From: Octopus bimaculoides
Lineage: Eukaryota
Direction of reading: 5' to 3'
Assembly (NCBI RefSeq): GCF_001194135.2
Contig: NC_068997.1
Coordinates: 50,232,685-50,296,684 of the forward strand
DNA length: 64,000 nt
How positions within the stretch are numbered: the stretch's first letter is position 1; each line of letters begins with the position of its first letter. The translations under genes and the position numbers were made by a program. This document shows positions 52,119 through 64,000 of the stretch, one piece after another. The notes under the pieces are model-generated. The model was not told where the DNA came from. It saw nothing but the letters and a program-made list of their open reading frames with translations, and did no database searches.

Positions 52119-54120
52119 TGTTTTTGGGGTGGCAGTCTGAGTTCTTCGACATTGGTATTGACTGCTAACTAGTCCAGAAGATATTGATCTATTTTTTTAT
52201 ATTATTATTATTATTATTATCATTTATCTTTTATTTAGTTGTTTGTTTCATTTATATTGTAATTTATGTGTTAAATATGATTTATTTCACATAAGGGCTA
52301 GACAGACCCTTAAAGGTCAGTCCCTTCCCCCATCTCTTTCCCTCTCACACACACACACACACACATACACACGCACACACATACAATCATCATGGTCTTT
52401 TAATGTCCACTTTTCCATGCTCACATGGGTCAGATGGAATTTGTTGAGCTGGATTCTCTACACCTGGATGCCTTTCCTATTGCCACCTGTTTCCTGATAA
52501 CCAGATATGTTTACATAGAAGATAGGAAATGAAAGACACCTCATGCATGACAGTGACACTTGTTTACGACTAACATGCAATTTTAAGACAAAGGAACAGT
52601 AACACATACTCACACACACACACCAGGCTTCTTTTAGTTCCCATCCATCAAATGGCCGCACAAAGCTTTGGTCAGCCCAGGACTATAGGAGAAAACACTT
52701 GCCCAAGGTGCAAGTGAACATGTGTGCGTGTGTGTGTATATATACACATGTGCATTTATAATGTAATACAGACGCACATACATATAAATAAAAGTGCATG
52801 ACCTGGTGATTAAGGTGTTGTGTTACCAATCACAAGGTTGGAGGTTCGATTCTTGGGCTGGACTACAAGTAGTGTCCTTGAGCAAAACACTTCATTTAAC
52901 AATGCTCCAATCCATTCAGATGAAAACAAGTACCAGTTATAACTAGGAGATTAAATCTGCAATGGACTGATTTCCCGTTCAGTGGAGAGTCTTGTTCTTT
53001 TGGTTACCTAAATGTCACAGAAAGAAAGTTAAGATCTGCCCTAATGGGTCTAGGCATAAGAAAGACAAAAAAAAAGTGATATATATATATAAAGCACATA
53101 CACACTGGTATTCTAAGAAACCAAATGTATTTATGTGTATGCAGGTACATGTATGTACACATATATATTTAAGTGCGTCTGTATATTGTCTCTCTATCAT
53201 CTTTCAGCCTCTCAACACCTGACCCCCTCTGAAATACTTCATCTCCCCACTTAGTCAAGGGGTCTTTTTCCTGACATCTCTGGTGCCACCAGCACCGACA
53301 GAGCACGCAGTACATGCGGCAAAGTAGTTGATGTTAAGAAATGCACCCAATCATAGAAACCAAGACAAAGCTGTCATTGGAGTTTGATGTGGCCCTGCAG
53401 GCTTACCAGATTCTTTCAGACTGTCTGACCCTGCATAGAAAATGGGTATTAAATGATGATGAATGTTTATTTATATATTTGTTTGTGTACTGGTTTCAGT
53501 AGAATAGCAGTTTTGATGTGGAACCATGTTCTGAGCAGAATGCAAATTGCTCTATCATTTTGATAATTAACTAGGAATCCTTTAATTTTTACGATTCACA
53601 AATGGCACAGGTGTGGTCTGGATAGACACTGCCTACCATGCTTCTCTGGGTATACACATTGTTTTAATGTCCACTTTTCCACACTTGCATGGTCGGACAG
53701 ATGATATTGAGGCAGATTTTCTAATCAGACACACTTCCAGTCTCCAACTTTTACTTTGTTTTCCCATGTCCACATGTCCAGACATATTTTTGCAGGATAT
53801 TGAAAATGAATGTCATTTATTTACTACAACCACACAATGTCAAGATAGGGAGACACAAACATACACACACACACACATACCTATACAATTGGCTACTATC
53901 CATTTCTATTCTAGCAAATCCATTCTCAATGCTTTGGTTGGCCCAGGGCTATAATAGAAGACATTTGCCTTAGGTGCCACTCAGTGGGACTAAACCTGAA
54001 ACCATGTGGTTAGGGAGCAAATTTCTTAACCACACAGTCATACACACATGTGTATTCATATATATATACAGACACACTACACACACACATTAAAAATATC
54101 ATACATATATAGATATTTTG

Positions 54121-54318
54121 GCGTTAGGAAGGGCATCCAGCTGTAGAAACTCTGCCAAATCAGATTGGAGCCTGGTGTAGCCATCTGGTTTCANNNNNNN
54201 NNNAATCAGATTGGAGCCTGGTGTAGCCATCTGGTTTCACCAGTCCTCAGTCAAATCGTCCAACCCATGCTAGCATGGAAAGCGGACGTTAAATGACGAT
54301 GATGATGATGATGATATA
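54121..54318 (+). mobile_element. Young RTE-tail element containing a 10-N gap
   Basis: Same family as 48517-48730. The sequence flanking the gap is duplicated. Confidence 0.85.
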
Positions 54319-55384
54319 GACACAAATATGTAAACTTGGTACTTATCATCGGACTTGTCAGGGTTTGGTAAAATCATACAACCTGCTGAAAATAGCAGCC
54401 AAAACTCTCGCAAATCACACTTTTAAATAAAGGCTATATTGAACATTGTTGTATAGTTCTCAATATACAAATGATGGGATTATCCCAACTGGAATATTTT
54501 TCATCATAGTTTCACAGCTACAACTGATCTCTGACTACATCACAACACTAACATTTACTTAAAACTAATGAAGGGTGGGATTTATATGGGTGCATGCTAG
54601 ATTTGGCAGCCAAACTTCCTTCAAATTCCACCCTACAGTCTTAAGCTAAGAAAGGAAACGAAATTTTAATCTTACATCTACAAACAGATGAAATGTGTGT
54701 GTGCCAGAGGTCTTCAGTCTCATACATTACGTAAGACACCCAAGAAAAATGATGAAAAACAACTTCTAAAATGAATGTGAATCCCAATCTTTAGCCTTTA
54801 GGTACAGGTATGGCTATGTGGTTAAGAAGTTTGCTTCCCAACCACATGGTCCTGGGTTCAGTCTCACTATGTAACACCTTAGACAAATGTCTTCTACTAT
54901 AGCCTCAAGCTGACAAAATCCTTGTGTGGATTTGGTGGACAAAGACTGAAAGACTGTTGTATGTATATACGTATGTGCATGTATCTTTGTCTTGACATTG
55001 TGTAACAGTCGTAAAACAAGTGTCACAGTGTCCTTTATTTCCAATCATCTTTGGAAATATATCCAATCATTGAAAATCTGCCTCAACAAATTTCATCAAC
55101 CACATACAAACGTAGAAAAGTGGATGTCAAAACAATAATGTCATGCTTGTCTTTACGCTCTACAGTTTACACCTGACACAGTGTTTGACCCTCAGAGGCA
55201 ATGTTATAACTTTCCTATCTTCACCAGATGAGATGTTTATGTAAATACATAACATTTGTGTGTGCTTCTATATATCTTCCTCATTTTAAATTTACTTTTC
55301 TGTGCTGGTATCTGTGTAATGTCTCATCACTTTGTCATCTGAGATGTACTCTCAGCCTCCATGAGGTTTGTCTATTAAAGTAAG

Positions 55385-55494
55385 AGAGCACCCTCTACTC
55401 GGTATCAGAGCACCCTCTACTCGGTATCAGAGCACCCTCTACTCGGTATCAGAGCACCCTCTACTCGGTATCAGAGCACCCTCTACTCGGTATC
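55385..55494. repeat. Five perfect copies of a 22-bp unit (agagcaccctctactcggtatc)
   Basis: Counted directly, with no spacers between units. Confidence 0.97.
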
Positions 55495-55832
55495 ACTTCT
55501 TCATCAGAGTTCCCTGCTCTCTTAGACAAGTTGCTTTTGCTATGGCTTGCAGAATTCACAGCCACTCTCTTTAGTCTTCATTTTTGCTTATTATATATTT
55601 GTGTTTATATGTCAGGTCACTCCTGAATGCTACTGGTAACATGTACCCCAGTACAACCTGTTACATGGCCGGGTCATCGATGACTAAATCAGCAATCCCA
55701 CCAAGTTTGTTTGGTGAGGAGGAGGACTATTGGACATCCTGCAGGATAAAAAACAAAACTTGTCTATGGGCGGAGGAACTCATATGAGCCAACAGCCATC
55801 CAATAGCATGTACATGTTACAGTCAGGTCAGG

Positions 55833-56425
55833 TTTCCTTGATTTTTTTTCCCCCTGCTACTATGTAACCAGTAATACCTGCCACATGAAGATTAATGGAG
55901 GTTGTCAGCCTTGGAAGGTAGTCCATCTACAAGAAGGAAAACTCCGGCTCCAAACCTCTGCTGTGTTGCAGTGATACCCAGGCATGGGAAAGATCCAGGA
56001 ACAAACCTCAAGGAAAAATCTGGAGTTGGAGCCCCTAAGGCAGTTTGTCGTTTATTATAACTTCGTTCTGGTAGCTCCTGCAACAGCACTGCTGCCAAAC
56101 TGTTACAGCCCTGCTATTCGTTTGGACCCAGCAGTGTTGTAGAGAGAGGGGCCATGCTGCATGAGCAACATCCTGTCCCCCGTAACACATTGTCTAGGCT
56201 TGTATGTTGTATTTAGGGGCTCCAACTCCAGATTTTTCCTTGAGGTTTGTTCCTGGATCTTTCCCATGCCTGGGTATCACTGCAACACAGCAGAGGTTTG
56301 GAGCTGGAGTTTTCCTTCTTGTAGATGGACTACCTTCCAAGGCTGACAACCTCCATCAATCCTCATGTGGCAGGTATTACTGGTTACATAGTAGCTAGTA
56401 GCAGGAAAAAAAAAAATCAAGGAAA
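55833..56425. repeat. Long inverted duplication (arms 55833-56038 and 56213-56425) of an RTE 5'UTR-like segment
   Basis: By eye the arms differ by about 3 substitutions, a 7-nt duplication (tagtagc) and homopolymer lengths. The sequence gtcagccttggaagg...gaaggaaaactc...ggagcccctaaggcag resembles RTE/Expander 5'UTRs. Confidence 0.9.
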
Positions 56426-56470
56426 TACTTGTGTTTTGTGTGTATAAATGAGAGCTTAATCCATTTAGAT

Positions 56471-56719
56471 CAGCGTTTCTCAATCATTTTTTACTTATGG
56501 ACCCCTATAATTCTTATTTTACTCCAGTGAAGCCTCATAGCCATTCAATGTTTAAAAAATCCTGTTTTTATTATTAAATAGATATTAGGAATTGTATTAA
56601 AAAAGATTAAAATATTTGGTGTATTGTAAAAATATAACCAATTTATTGCACATTAATTCTAACAACAAAATGTTATATGGATCCCCAAGGGCCATATGGA
56701 CCCTGATTGAGAACCGACC
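56471..56719. mobile_element. hAT-type MITE of the same family as 50884-51221
   Basis: cagcgtttctcaatc...tgattgagaacc ends. Shares the internal catagccattcaatgtttaaaaa. Confidence 0.75.
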
Positions 56720-57561
56720 CCATCACCTTTCACATCAGTACAGTTCTTCACAGTGACTCCGCTTTTTACTGCATAATACTGCAGTCCTTGTGAACTGTTG
56801 GTACAAAGTGTTTAGTAGTTTTCTGCTACTTTCCTGTATTGGCAATGTGCCCTCTGCCAGCACTTCCTAAACTTATTCTGTCACAGAATCCTTATAGAAT
56901 ATTTCAAAAGAATCTCAGAACCCATTCCTGTATTTCACAAACAAACCCCGCCATTTTAAGTTTCATAAAACATTAACCGAAGCAAAAATTATTTTAGCGA
57001 GAGAATGTATTTCTCTAAAAATATCATGTCATAATATGACTTTTATGAAAATGTGGAAGACTATTTAATTTACCTGATTTGTAAAATACCTTTTTCATTA
57101 AAATTTCATTAAAGCACACCTCATCTTGAAAGGATCCCAGAATTCTTTCAGGGTATCCACTTAGAGAAACTCTGTTCTGTGGCAACAGGAAACATTATAA
57201 TATAGCAATGTATTTAACCATGTGTGAATTCTACATGGATTAGGAAATGGAAGCAACTGAAATTTTTTGTAAATTGGATTATAAGCCTTCACCATAATAT
57301 AGGCTACAGGAAATAGTATAATAATAGGTTGTAGAAACCTCTGTAACAGGGGAAAATGGGCATTTGTATACATGGGAATGAAACAGCCTGTTTTTTTTTT
57401 GTTTTTTTTTTCTCTTATGTAAGCTTATATTCCTTAATATTAGACCATTTTCTATAGTCAAGATACAACGAAGGCTTATAATTCTATTACCAAAATGTGT
57501 TTAAAATTTCATCATGATGATGATGATTCTTAATATATATTTTGTTTGTTTCTGTTTTCAG

Positions 57562-57620
57562 ATTATAGGTCTCTTAAATGCATTCACACCACAGAAAACT
57601 TTAGAGGATTTTCAAGATGT
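57562..57620 (+). CDS. JNK: JNK coding exon 3 (59 nt): IIGLLNAFTPQKTLEDFQDV
   Basis: tttctgttttcag acceptor and GT|GTGAGT donor. The peptide matches JNK [20 protein letters not shown]. Too short for the ORF track. Frame is consistent with exons 2 and 4. Confidence 0.96.
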
Positions 57621-57849
57621 GTGAGTAGATCTTATCTTCATTCGCTTTGTTTCAGTTTTGTTGCTTTTGAGGATATCCTCCTCTTCTCCCTCCTCTTCAT
57701 CCTCCTCCTCCTTTGTTTCTATTGATTTATTAGAATATTTCTGACCTGCCATACTTTACTGTTTTCTCTCTGTCTGTGTGACTGGAATTCAGTAATAATT
57801 TTATGTGATGCTAAATAGCATGGAAAATTTATATATTTTTAATTCATCC

Positions 57850-57920
<71 letters not shown>

Positions 57921-58009
57921 CTCTATCTTCTTTTTCTCTTCAGCATCACTTTCTCTCTCTCTCTCTCACCTCTCACTTCTCTATCTTCTTTTTCTCTTCA
58001 GCATCACTT

Positions 58010-58040
<31 letters not shown>

Positions 58041-59658
58041 CAGTTTACTCTTTGCTTCCTGTTAGTTTCATTTACCGTTTATATTGTATGCATGTAGGCA
58101 TGGCCAAATGGTTAAGAAGTTCACTTCTTGACCATGAAGCTCTGGTTTCAATCCTGCTGCATTGTCTTTTAACATAACTCGGACCACCCCAAACCTTGTG
58201 GGTGAAATAAGGTGGATAGAAACAGTAGAAGCCTGCCAGGTGACCTGTACTCATAACTGAAAAAGCCAGACTACCTGGTAATTATGATAAGGGTACAAGT
58301 ACTAATAATTCAATAAGTAGAAATCCAATAAATACAATAGAAGCAGAATTACATTAAAATAGCCACCTATGTATCATATGCAATGTATATACACAATTGA
58401 TAGGTAAGTTGCAGCAGGTTTTGTCTAAGATAAAAATCTTTTATAGAAATGTTTGAAAACACAATATATATTGGAAGGAGATGAAAAATTGTCCTGGCAG
58501 TTGCTAGTGAGAACACCAGATGCATTTCAACCCTCTCGTGTCTTTTTAATGATGTGCAATTGTAGTCACATGCTTAGATAAAATCTGCTATCTTCAATAT
58601 ATATAGGAAATAGTGCACTGGTGTTGCAAATATCCACCAGGCTAAATATAAACTCGGTGTACACAATTGAAGTAGCATTAAATTGAAATAGCCATCTACC
58701 TATCGTATTTAATGCATACACATCATCGATGAACAAGATAGCTTGGTTTTCATCCACGATAAAAACTCTTATAAAGATACTGTGTTAAAAAATAGCACCA
58801 GGTGTTGGGACTCACAGAGTGGATAGCAGGGGAATGAGATTCCTGGCAGTTTGTTGTGCTTGAAAAGACATTTCAAGCTAAGTAAAAGCGTGGTTGCCCT
58901 TGCATATAGGCTCATCCCCTGCATCCCTCTCCAGTTGAGTGTCCCTCTTGTGGACTTGTAAGTGCTGGTGCCACATAAAAAGCACCCATGTACACTGTGT
59001 AAAGTGGTTGGTGTTAAGAAGGGCATCCAGCTATAGAAACCATGCCAAAACAGACGTGATGCCTGAAGAGCCCTTCAGCTGGTCAGCTCCTGTCAAGCCA
59101 TCTAATCAATGCCTCATGGAAAACGGATGTTAAACGATGATGTTGATTAGAGGAAGACAAAAGATCATCCTAGCAGCAGCTATGGGTGGCAACAAATTTT
59201 GTCTGAGCATGTAGCTGTGAATACACATCATTCACACAGCCCAAGAAGGCCAAAATGCATCAAGTGTTGTTATAAGCTGCTGCTGCTGCTACTGGGACAA
59301 TTTTTTTTCCTCCCTCCAATATTTATATACATACATGCATACATACACACACACTTTTTTTTGCACCCATTTTATGTCAAAATCGACCAAATCTAGCCCC
59401 TTACACCTACTCTATGCGTGACAAATTTAAAACAATGTGACTGAATTAGCATCACATCCAACAGAGTAATCTGAATGCTAAAAGGTTATGGATGAAGCAA
59501 GTTTGAGAAGATGTGTCTGATTTCCACAGTAAAAGGGTTAAGAACACAAGAAGTCAGAATAAATATCACCAGGCATTTTGTCCAAAGCTTCAATGGTTGT
59601 GCCATTTCACTGTCTTCAATACTCATTATGGAAACTGACAGGAATTTTTTTTATATAA

Positions 59659-59946
<288 letters not shown>

Positions 59947-60469
59947 TGACCCCTCCTTGTCACTCACTTCTCTCTACATATTCCACCCAGAGCTGTCTTT
60001 CTAATTTCTTTGCAAAGTAAGCGTGTGTTGATGCGAGTAAGCAATACTCAAATTTCTTTAATGAAAACAAATTTGATTTCATCTTGAAAACCCTATGTGC
60101 ACCCTTTTTTTTCCCCCTTTGTATGCTGGTTGTAAAATATATGTAACAGCACAAGCACACTGCTTACAGGCTTACACTGATTCCACCCCCCTTTTCTACA
60201 CCTCATTACATCTCCCTACATGCACTCCCTAATAACCATATCTTGTTATATATTCCCTAATAACCACACCTCTACATATATCTCCCAATAACCATATAAA
60301 GTTATTTTGGGGTCTATTCACTTCCTATACCAACTCATTTACTGAATCACATTCCACTTTTTCTTTTCTTTACTTTTAACATTGGAATGTTTCATAATTT
60401 CAAACATTTACACAAATAACAGGGTCTTTTCTTAGGATGGAGACAGTTATTATATTTGACTCTTCTAAT

Positions 60470-61630
60470 AATAATGATTTTTTTTTTCTGCTACAGGCAC
60501 AAGGCATGAAATTTTGTGGGGAGGGGCCTAGTCAATTATATCAGTCCCAGGGCTCAACTGGTACTTATTTTATGGACCCCAAAAGGATTAAAAGCAAAGC
60601 GACATTTGGGTTCAGAACATAAAGAGTCTGAAGAAATGCCACTTAACACTATGACCAACATGGTAACAATTCTACCAATGTGCCACCTTGATGATAATAA
60701 CAGCTTCAAGTTTTAGTACATGGCCATTAGTTTAAGGAGAAGGGTTAGTCACACATCAGCTCCAGTATTTGACTGGTACTTTATTTCATCAACCCCATAA
60801 TTGTGACAGGCAAAGTTGGCCTCAGCGGAATTTGAACTCAGAACATAAGCCAGAAGAAATGCTGCTAAGCACTTTGTCCAACAGACTAACTATTTTGCTG
60901 GCTCACTACTTTAATAATGCCAGTTCTTTCTACCATAGGCACAAGGTTCGAATTTGAGGGGAGAGAGCTAGTCAATTTCATCAACCCCCATTGCTGAACT
61001 GGTACTTATTTTATCAACCCTAAAACGATGAATGGCAAAGTCGACCTTGGCCATATTTGAACTCAGAATATGAAGAGCTGGAAGAAATGCTGCTAAGCAT
61101 TTAGTCCAATGTGCTAATGATTCTGCAACCTCACTGCCTTAATATAACAACAACAACAACGAGGGCCAGTCAGGCGGTACCGATGCCAGTACCACCTGAC
61201 TGGCCCACGTGCCGGTCGCATGTAAACAGCACCCACTACACTCTCGGAGTGGTTGGCATTAGGAAGGGCATCCAGCTGTAGAAACATTGCCAGATCACAT
61301 TGGAGCCTGTTGCAGCCTTCTGGCTCGCCAGCCCTCAGTCAAACCGTCAAACCCATGCCAGCTTGGAAAGCAGACATTAAACGATGATGATGAACAACAA
61401 TAATAATAATAATCCTTTCTACTATAGATGCAAGGCCTGGAATTTGGAGGAACCTAATCAATTACATCGATCCCAGAGTTCGGTGTTCAACTAGTACTTA
61501 TTTTATTAACCCTAAAAAAATAAAAGGCAAAATCAACCTCGGTGGAATTTGAACTCAGAACATAAAGACAGGCGAAATATCACTAAGCATTTTTCCCACT
61601 GTGCTACCAATTCTGCCAGCTTGCTGCTTT
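60470..61630 (-). mobile_element. Cluster of four head-to-tail SINE family C copies with an RTE-tail element (61160-61390, +) between copies 3 and 4
   Basis: Four repeats of ggtactta(t)tttat..acccc..aagg..aaag.caaagt..acct.gg.gg.atttgaactcagaa...gaaatgc.gctaagca at about 60470, 60710, 60920 and 61420, separated by (TAA/CAA)n. Confidence 0.8.
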
Positions 61631-62510
61631 AATACTAAATGATACTGAAGTGAGATGAATGCTTCATTTGCACGTTACCAAGAAAAGATGCAAATAATGA
61701 GAATTTCTAAGACGTGTTAAGTGGGTTGTAAGAGTAAATCAATAGAATAATTCTTGATGAGAAATCATGTAGATGTGCACAATCCATGGAATTTTAACAC
61801 AGTTGATTCTTTCAGGCTGAAAATTTTCATGCTTAATTTTTTTTCCTTACCTTTTTTGTTACAATGAACACTTCAAGGGTCTATTTTTGTGTATATTTTA
61901 ACTCTTTTCCTCTGGTTCCTTTTTTTTTTTATTCTTTCGACCTAGTTTCATTGGCTGTTGATTTAAAAAATCCTGGGATCGATTTGTTCAACTAAAACGC
62001 CTCCAGGTGGTGCTCCAGCATGGCCACAGTCAGATAACTGAAACAAGTTAAAGAATAAAAGAATAGTTTCAGGCATGACTGTATGATTGAGAAGTTTTCT
62101 CTCCAGTCACTTGATTTCAGGGTCAGTCCTAGCACTGGCTCCTTGAGCAAGTGTCTTCTACTATAGCCCCAAGCTGGCCAAAGCCTTGTGAGTCAATTTT
62201 GTAGATGGGAAATGCATGTATGGGTCTCCTTGTCTTTACGTGGTGTTAGCTGTGAGTGAGTGTCACTATCATATATAAGCAACATCATTCATTAGCAATA
62301 TCCTGCAAAAACATATGTGGCCTAGGGAAAATATTACCTTACCTGGAAGCAGGTATGGATTAGCGACAGGAAGGACATCCAGCTCTAGAAAATCTGCCTC
62401 TGTAGGCTCCATGCAACCCATACAAGTATGGAAAAGTGGATATTGAAACAAGAATGATCAGCTATCTGTTATTGATGCTGACTTTAGCTTGGTCAAATGA
62501 TATTCAATTG

Positions 62511-62550
<40 letters not shown>

Positions 62551-62599
62551 TCAGTTCTTGTATAAAAGTGTCTTCAGATCTATGTTAAATTAGGTCAGA

Positions 62600-63050
62600 A
62601 CATATTGGCTTTCTTGCCTTGAGGATTGGGTCGTGTGGATTCTAATACTTAGCATGATAAAGATATTTTTATGTGACGATCAAGCTGCTGGTTGAGTATA
62701 CAAAGGTTATGTGACTTAATCTAGATTATCCCTCGGTTGACTGGCAGCCAGTACAGCTGTTATAGGCTGCTTTAAGTTTAGTAGATGGTATTTGAGTTGC
62801 TTGTTTGTCTTTTACCTCTAAAATGGCATGCGTTTTGATGATTGATTAAGGCAGTGGCAACAAGATCTATGAATTCCAAGGGTAGCCAGCCAGCTTGTAA
62901 ACCAGTAAACATGATTTCTATGAATGCAAAAAGATTGTGATATGAACCAATGATGCCACATTTTAATCCAATATTTTTCTTTTCTTGTGATGAATTTGAA
63001 CCTCCATCTGTTGCAAGTCTTCTATTCATAATGAGTGTAGTGTTGATGAT
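62600..63050 (-). mobile_element. Decayed L2-type LINE 3' fragment
   Basis: The minus-strand blocks LQAGWLPLEFID...HQNAC and LYWLPVNRGII resemble L2 LAGLP...LQ.VQNAAAR and LHWLPV..RI. Confidence 0.6.
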
Positions 63051-63679
63051 ATTAGTTAAGTCTTGAGAAACTTTTGTAAGGCAACTCTAGTCTGTATAAT
63101 GTAAATTAGACTGTGGTCCCTGGTTTGGGAGTTCCAGGGTGTTGAGGAGTGTGGAACCACCTCTTTCCCAGGTCTACTCTGACCCAGAGTAGTAGTAGTA
63201 GTAGTACCTGTCAGGGTCCCAGCTATGGCTTAATTAGCGTGTCACAGAATTGCCTCTATGAAAAAGGGCACTTACAGAAACCCCAATGGACCCAAAGCAG
63301 ACAAGGCCCTCCAGCTCTTTAGCCGCTCATACAATTCCTAATAACTACTAGGCTCGTGGGACTTGTTGCATTAGGCCTAAACTAGTTTGAAGGAGAAGAG
63401 AAGTGGGACTGGCTCTGCACAAACCCTGCTCACTACAATGATATTCACCGGAGAGGTTGTCCAGCAAACTGAGATGCCAACACACCACCAGTGTGTAACT
63501 GTATCTTGTTGAACCCTCATTCATTAAAGTAACGAGAGAGTCCTTAAACAAATAACTATGACCATCTAACTATAAGTAGGCACTGTGTATAGATACAGTT
63601 CATAATTCAAATATAAGAAACCTTATATCAGTTTCAAGTGGGTTGTTAAGTTGAAGTGTTGAGTTCATTGAGTTCATCA

Positions 63680-64000
63680 TCATCATTATCATCGTTTAAC
63701 ATCCGCTTTCCATGCTAGCATGGGTTGGACGATTTGACTGAGGACTGGTGAAACCGGATGGCAACACCAGGCTCCAGTCTGATTTGGCAGAGTTTCTACA
63801 GCTGGATGCCCTTCCTAACGCCAACCACTCAGAGAGTGTAGTGGGTGCTTTTACGTGTCACCCGCACAAAAACGGCCACGCTCGAAATGGTGTCTTTTAT
63901 GTGCCACCCGCACAAGCCAGTCCAGGGGCACTGGCAACGATCTCGCTCGAAAATCCTACAGGAGCCAGTCAGGCGGTACTGGCAACGGCCACGCTCAAAA
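63680..64000 (-). mobile_element. Young RTE-type 3'UTR/tail, truncated by the window end
   Basis: Reverse complement of the 36160-36640 family. CpGs are retained. Confidence 0.88.

Noticed and set aside
55385-55494. 22-bp and 39-bp arrays as CRISPR-like
   Set aside because: The units are directly adjacent with no spacers, the DNA is eukaryotic and there are no cas genes.
58566-58757. Minus ORF with AILFIDDV (Walker B-like or RT LFADD-like)
   Set aside because: A single short motif with no Walker A or other RT motifs nearby. This is expected by chance.

Overview
AT-rich, microsatellite-dense eukaryotic DNA with six N gaps. The repeat families, very large introns and composition point to a coleoid cephalopod, probably Octopus (inference). 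The only gene I can support is the 5' half of a JNK (c-Jun N-terminal kinase, MAPK8/9/10 or bsk orthologue) on the + strand. Four coding exons (37762-37997, 48035-48164, 57562-57620, 59799-59937) give 188 codons, from the N-terminus to the HR of the HRD motif, and the internal exon sizes (130/59/139 nt) match vertebrate JNK. The rest of the gene lies beyond 64000, and at least one upstream exon must exist because the first coding exon has a splice acceptor. Most other sequence is transposon-derived: tRNA-derived SINEs of several families, RTE, L2/CR1 and R4/Dong-type LINE remnants, mariner/Tc1 remnants, and hAT- and TTAA-type MITEs. The most interesting unannotated signals are RNA-structural: (1) two minimal type I hammerhead ribozyme motifs with complete conserved cores (34607-34662 minus; 45848-45890 plus, inside JNK intron 1) and two decayed relatives, resembling Penelope/retrozyme hammerheads; (2) a repeated H-type pseudoknot module in the RTE-derived 3' tail; (3) two long near-perfect inverted repeats in JNK introns (124-bp and about 206-bp arms), candidate ADAR substrates; (4) a 40-aa JNK3-like N-terminal extension behind a weak-context ATG; (5) a 39-bp minisatellite derived from the RTE coding sequence. 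All alignments and folds were done by eye. Repeat boundaries are approximate unless target-site duplications are given.
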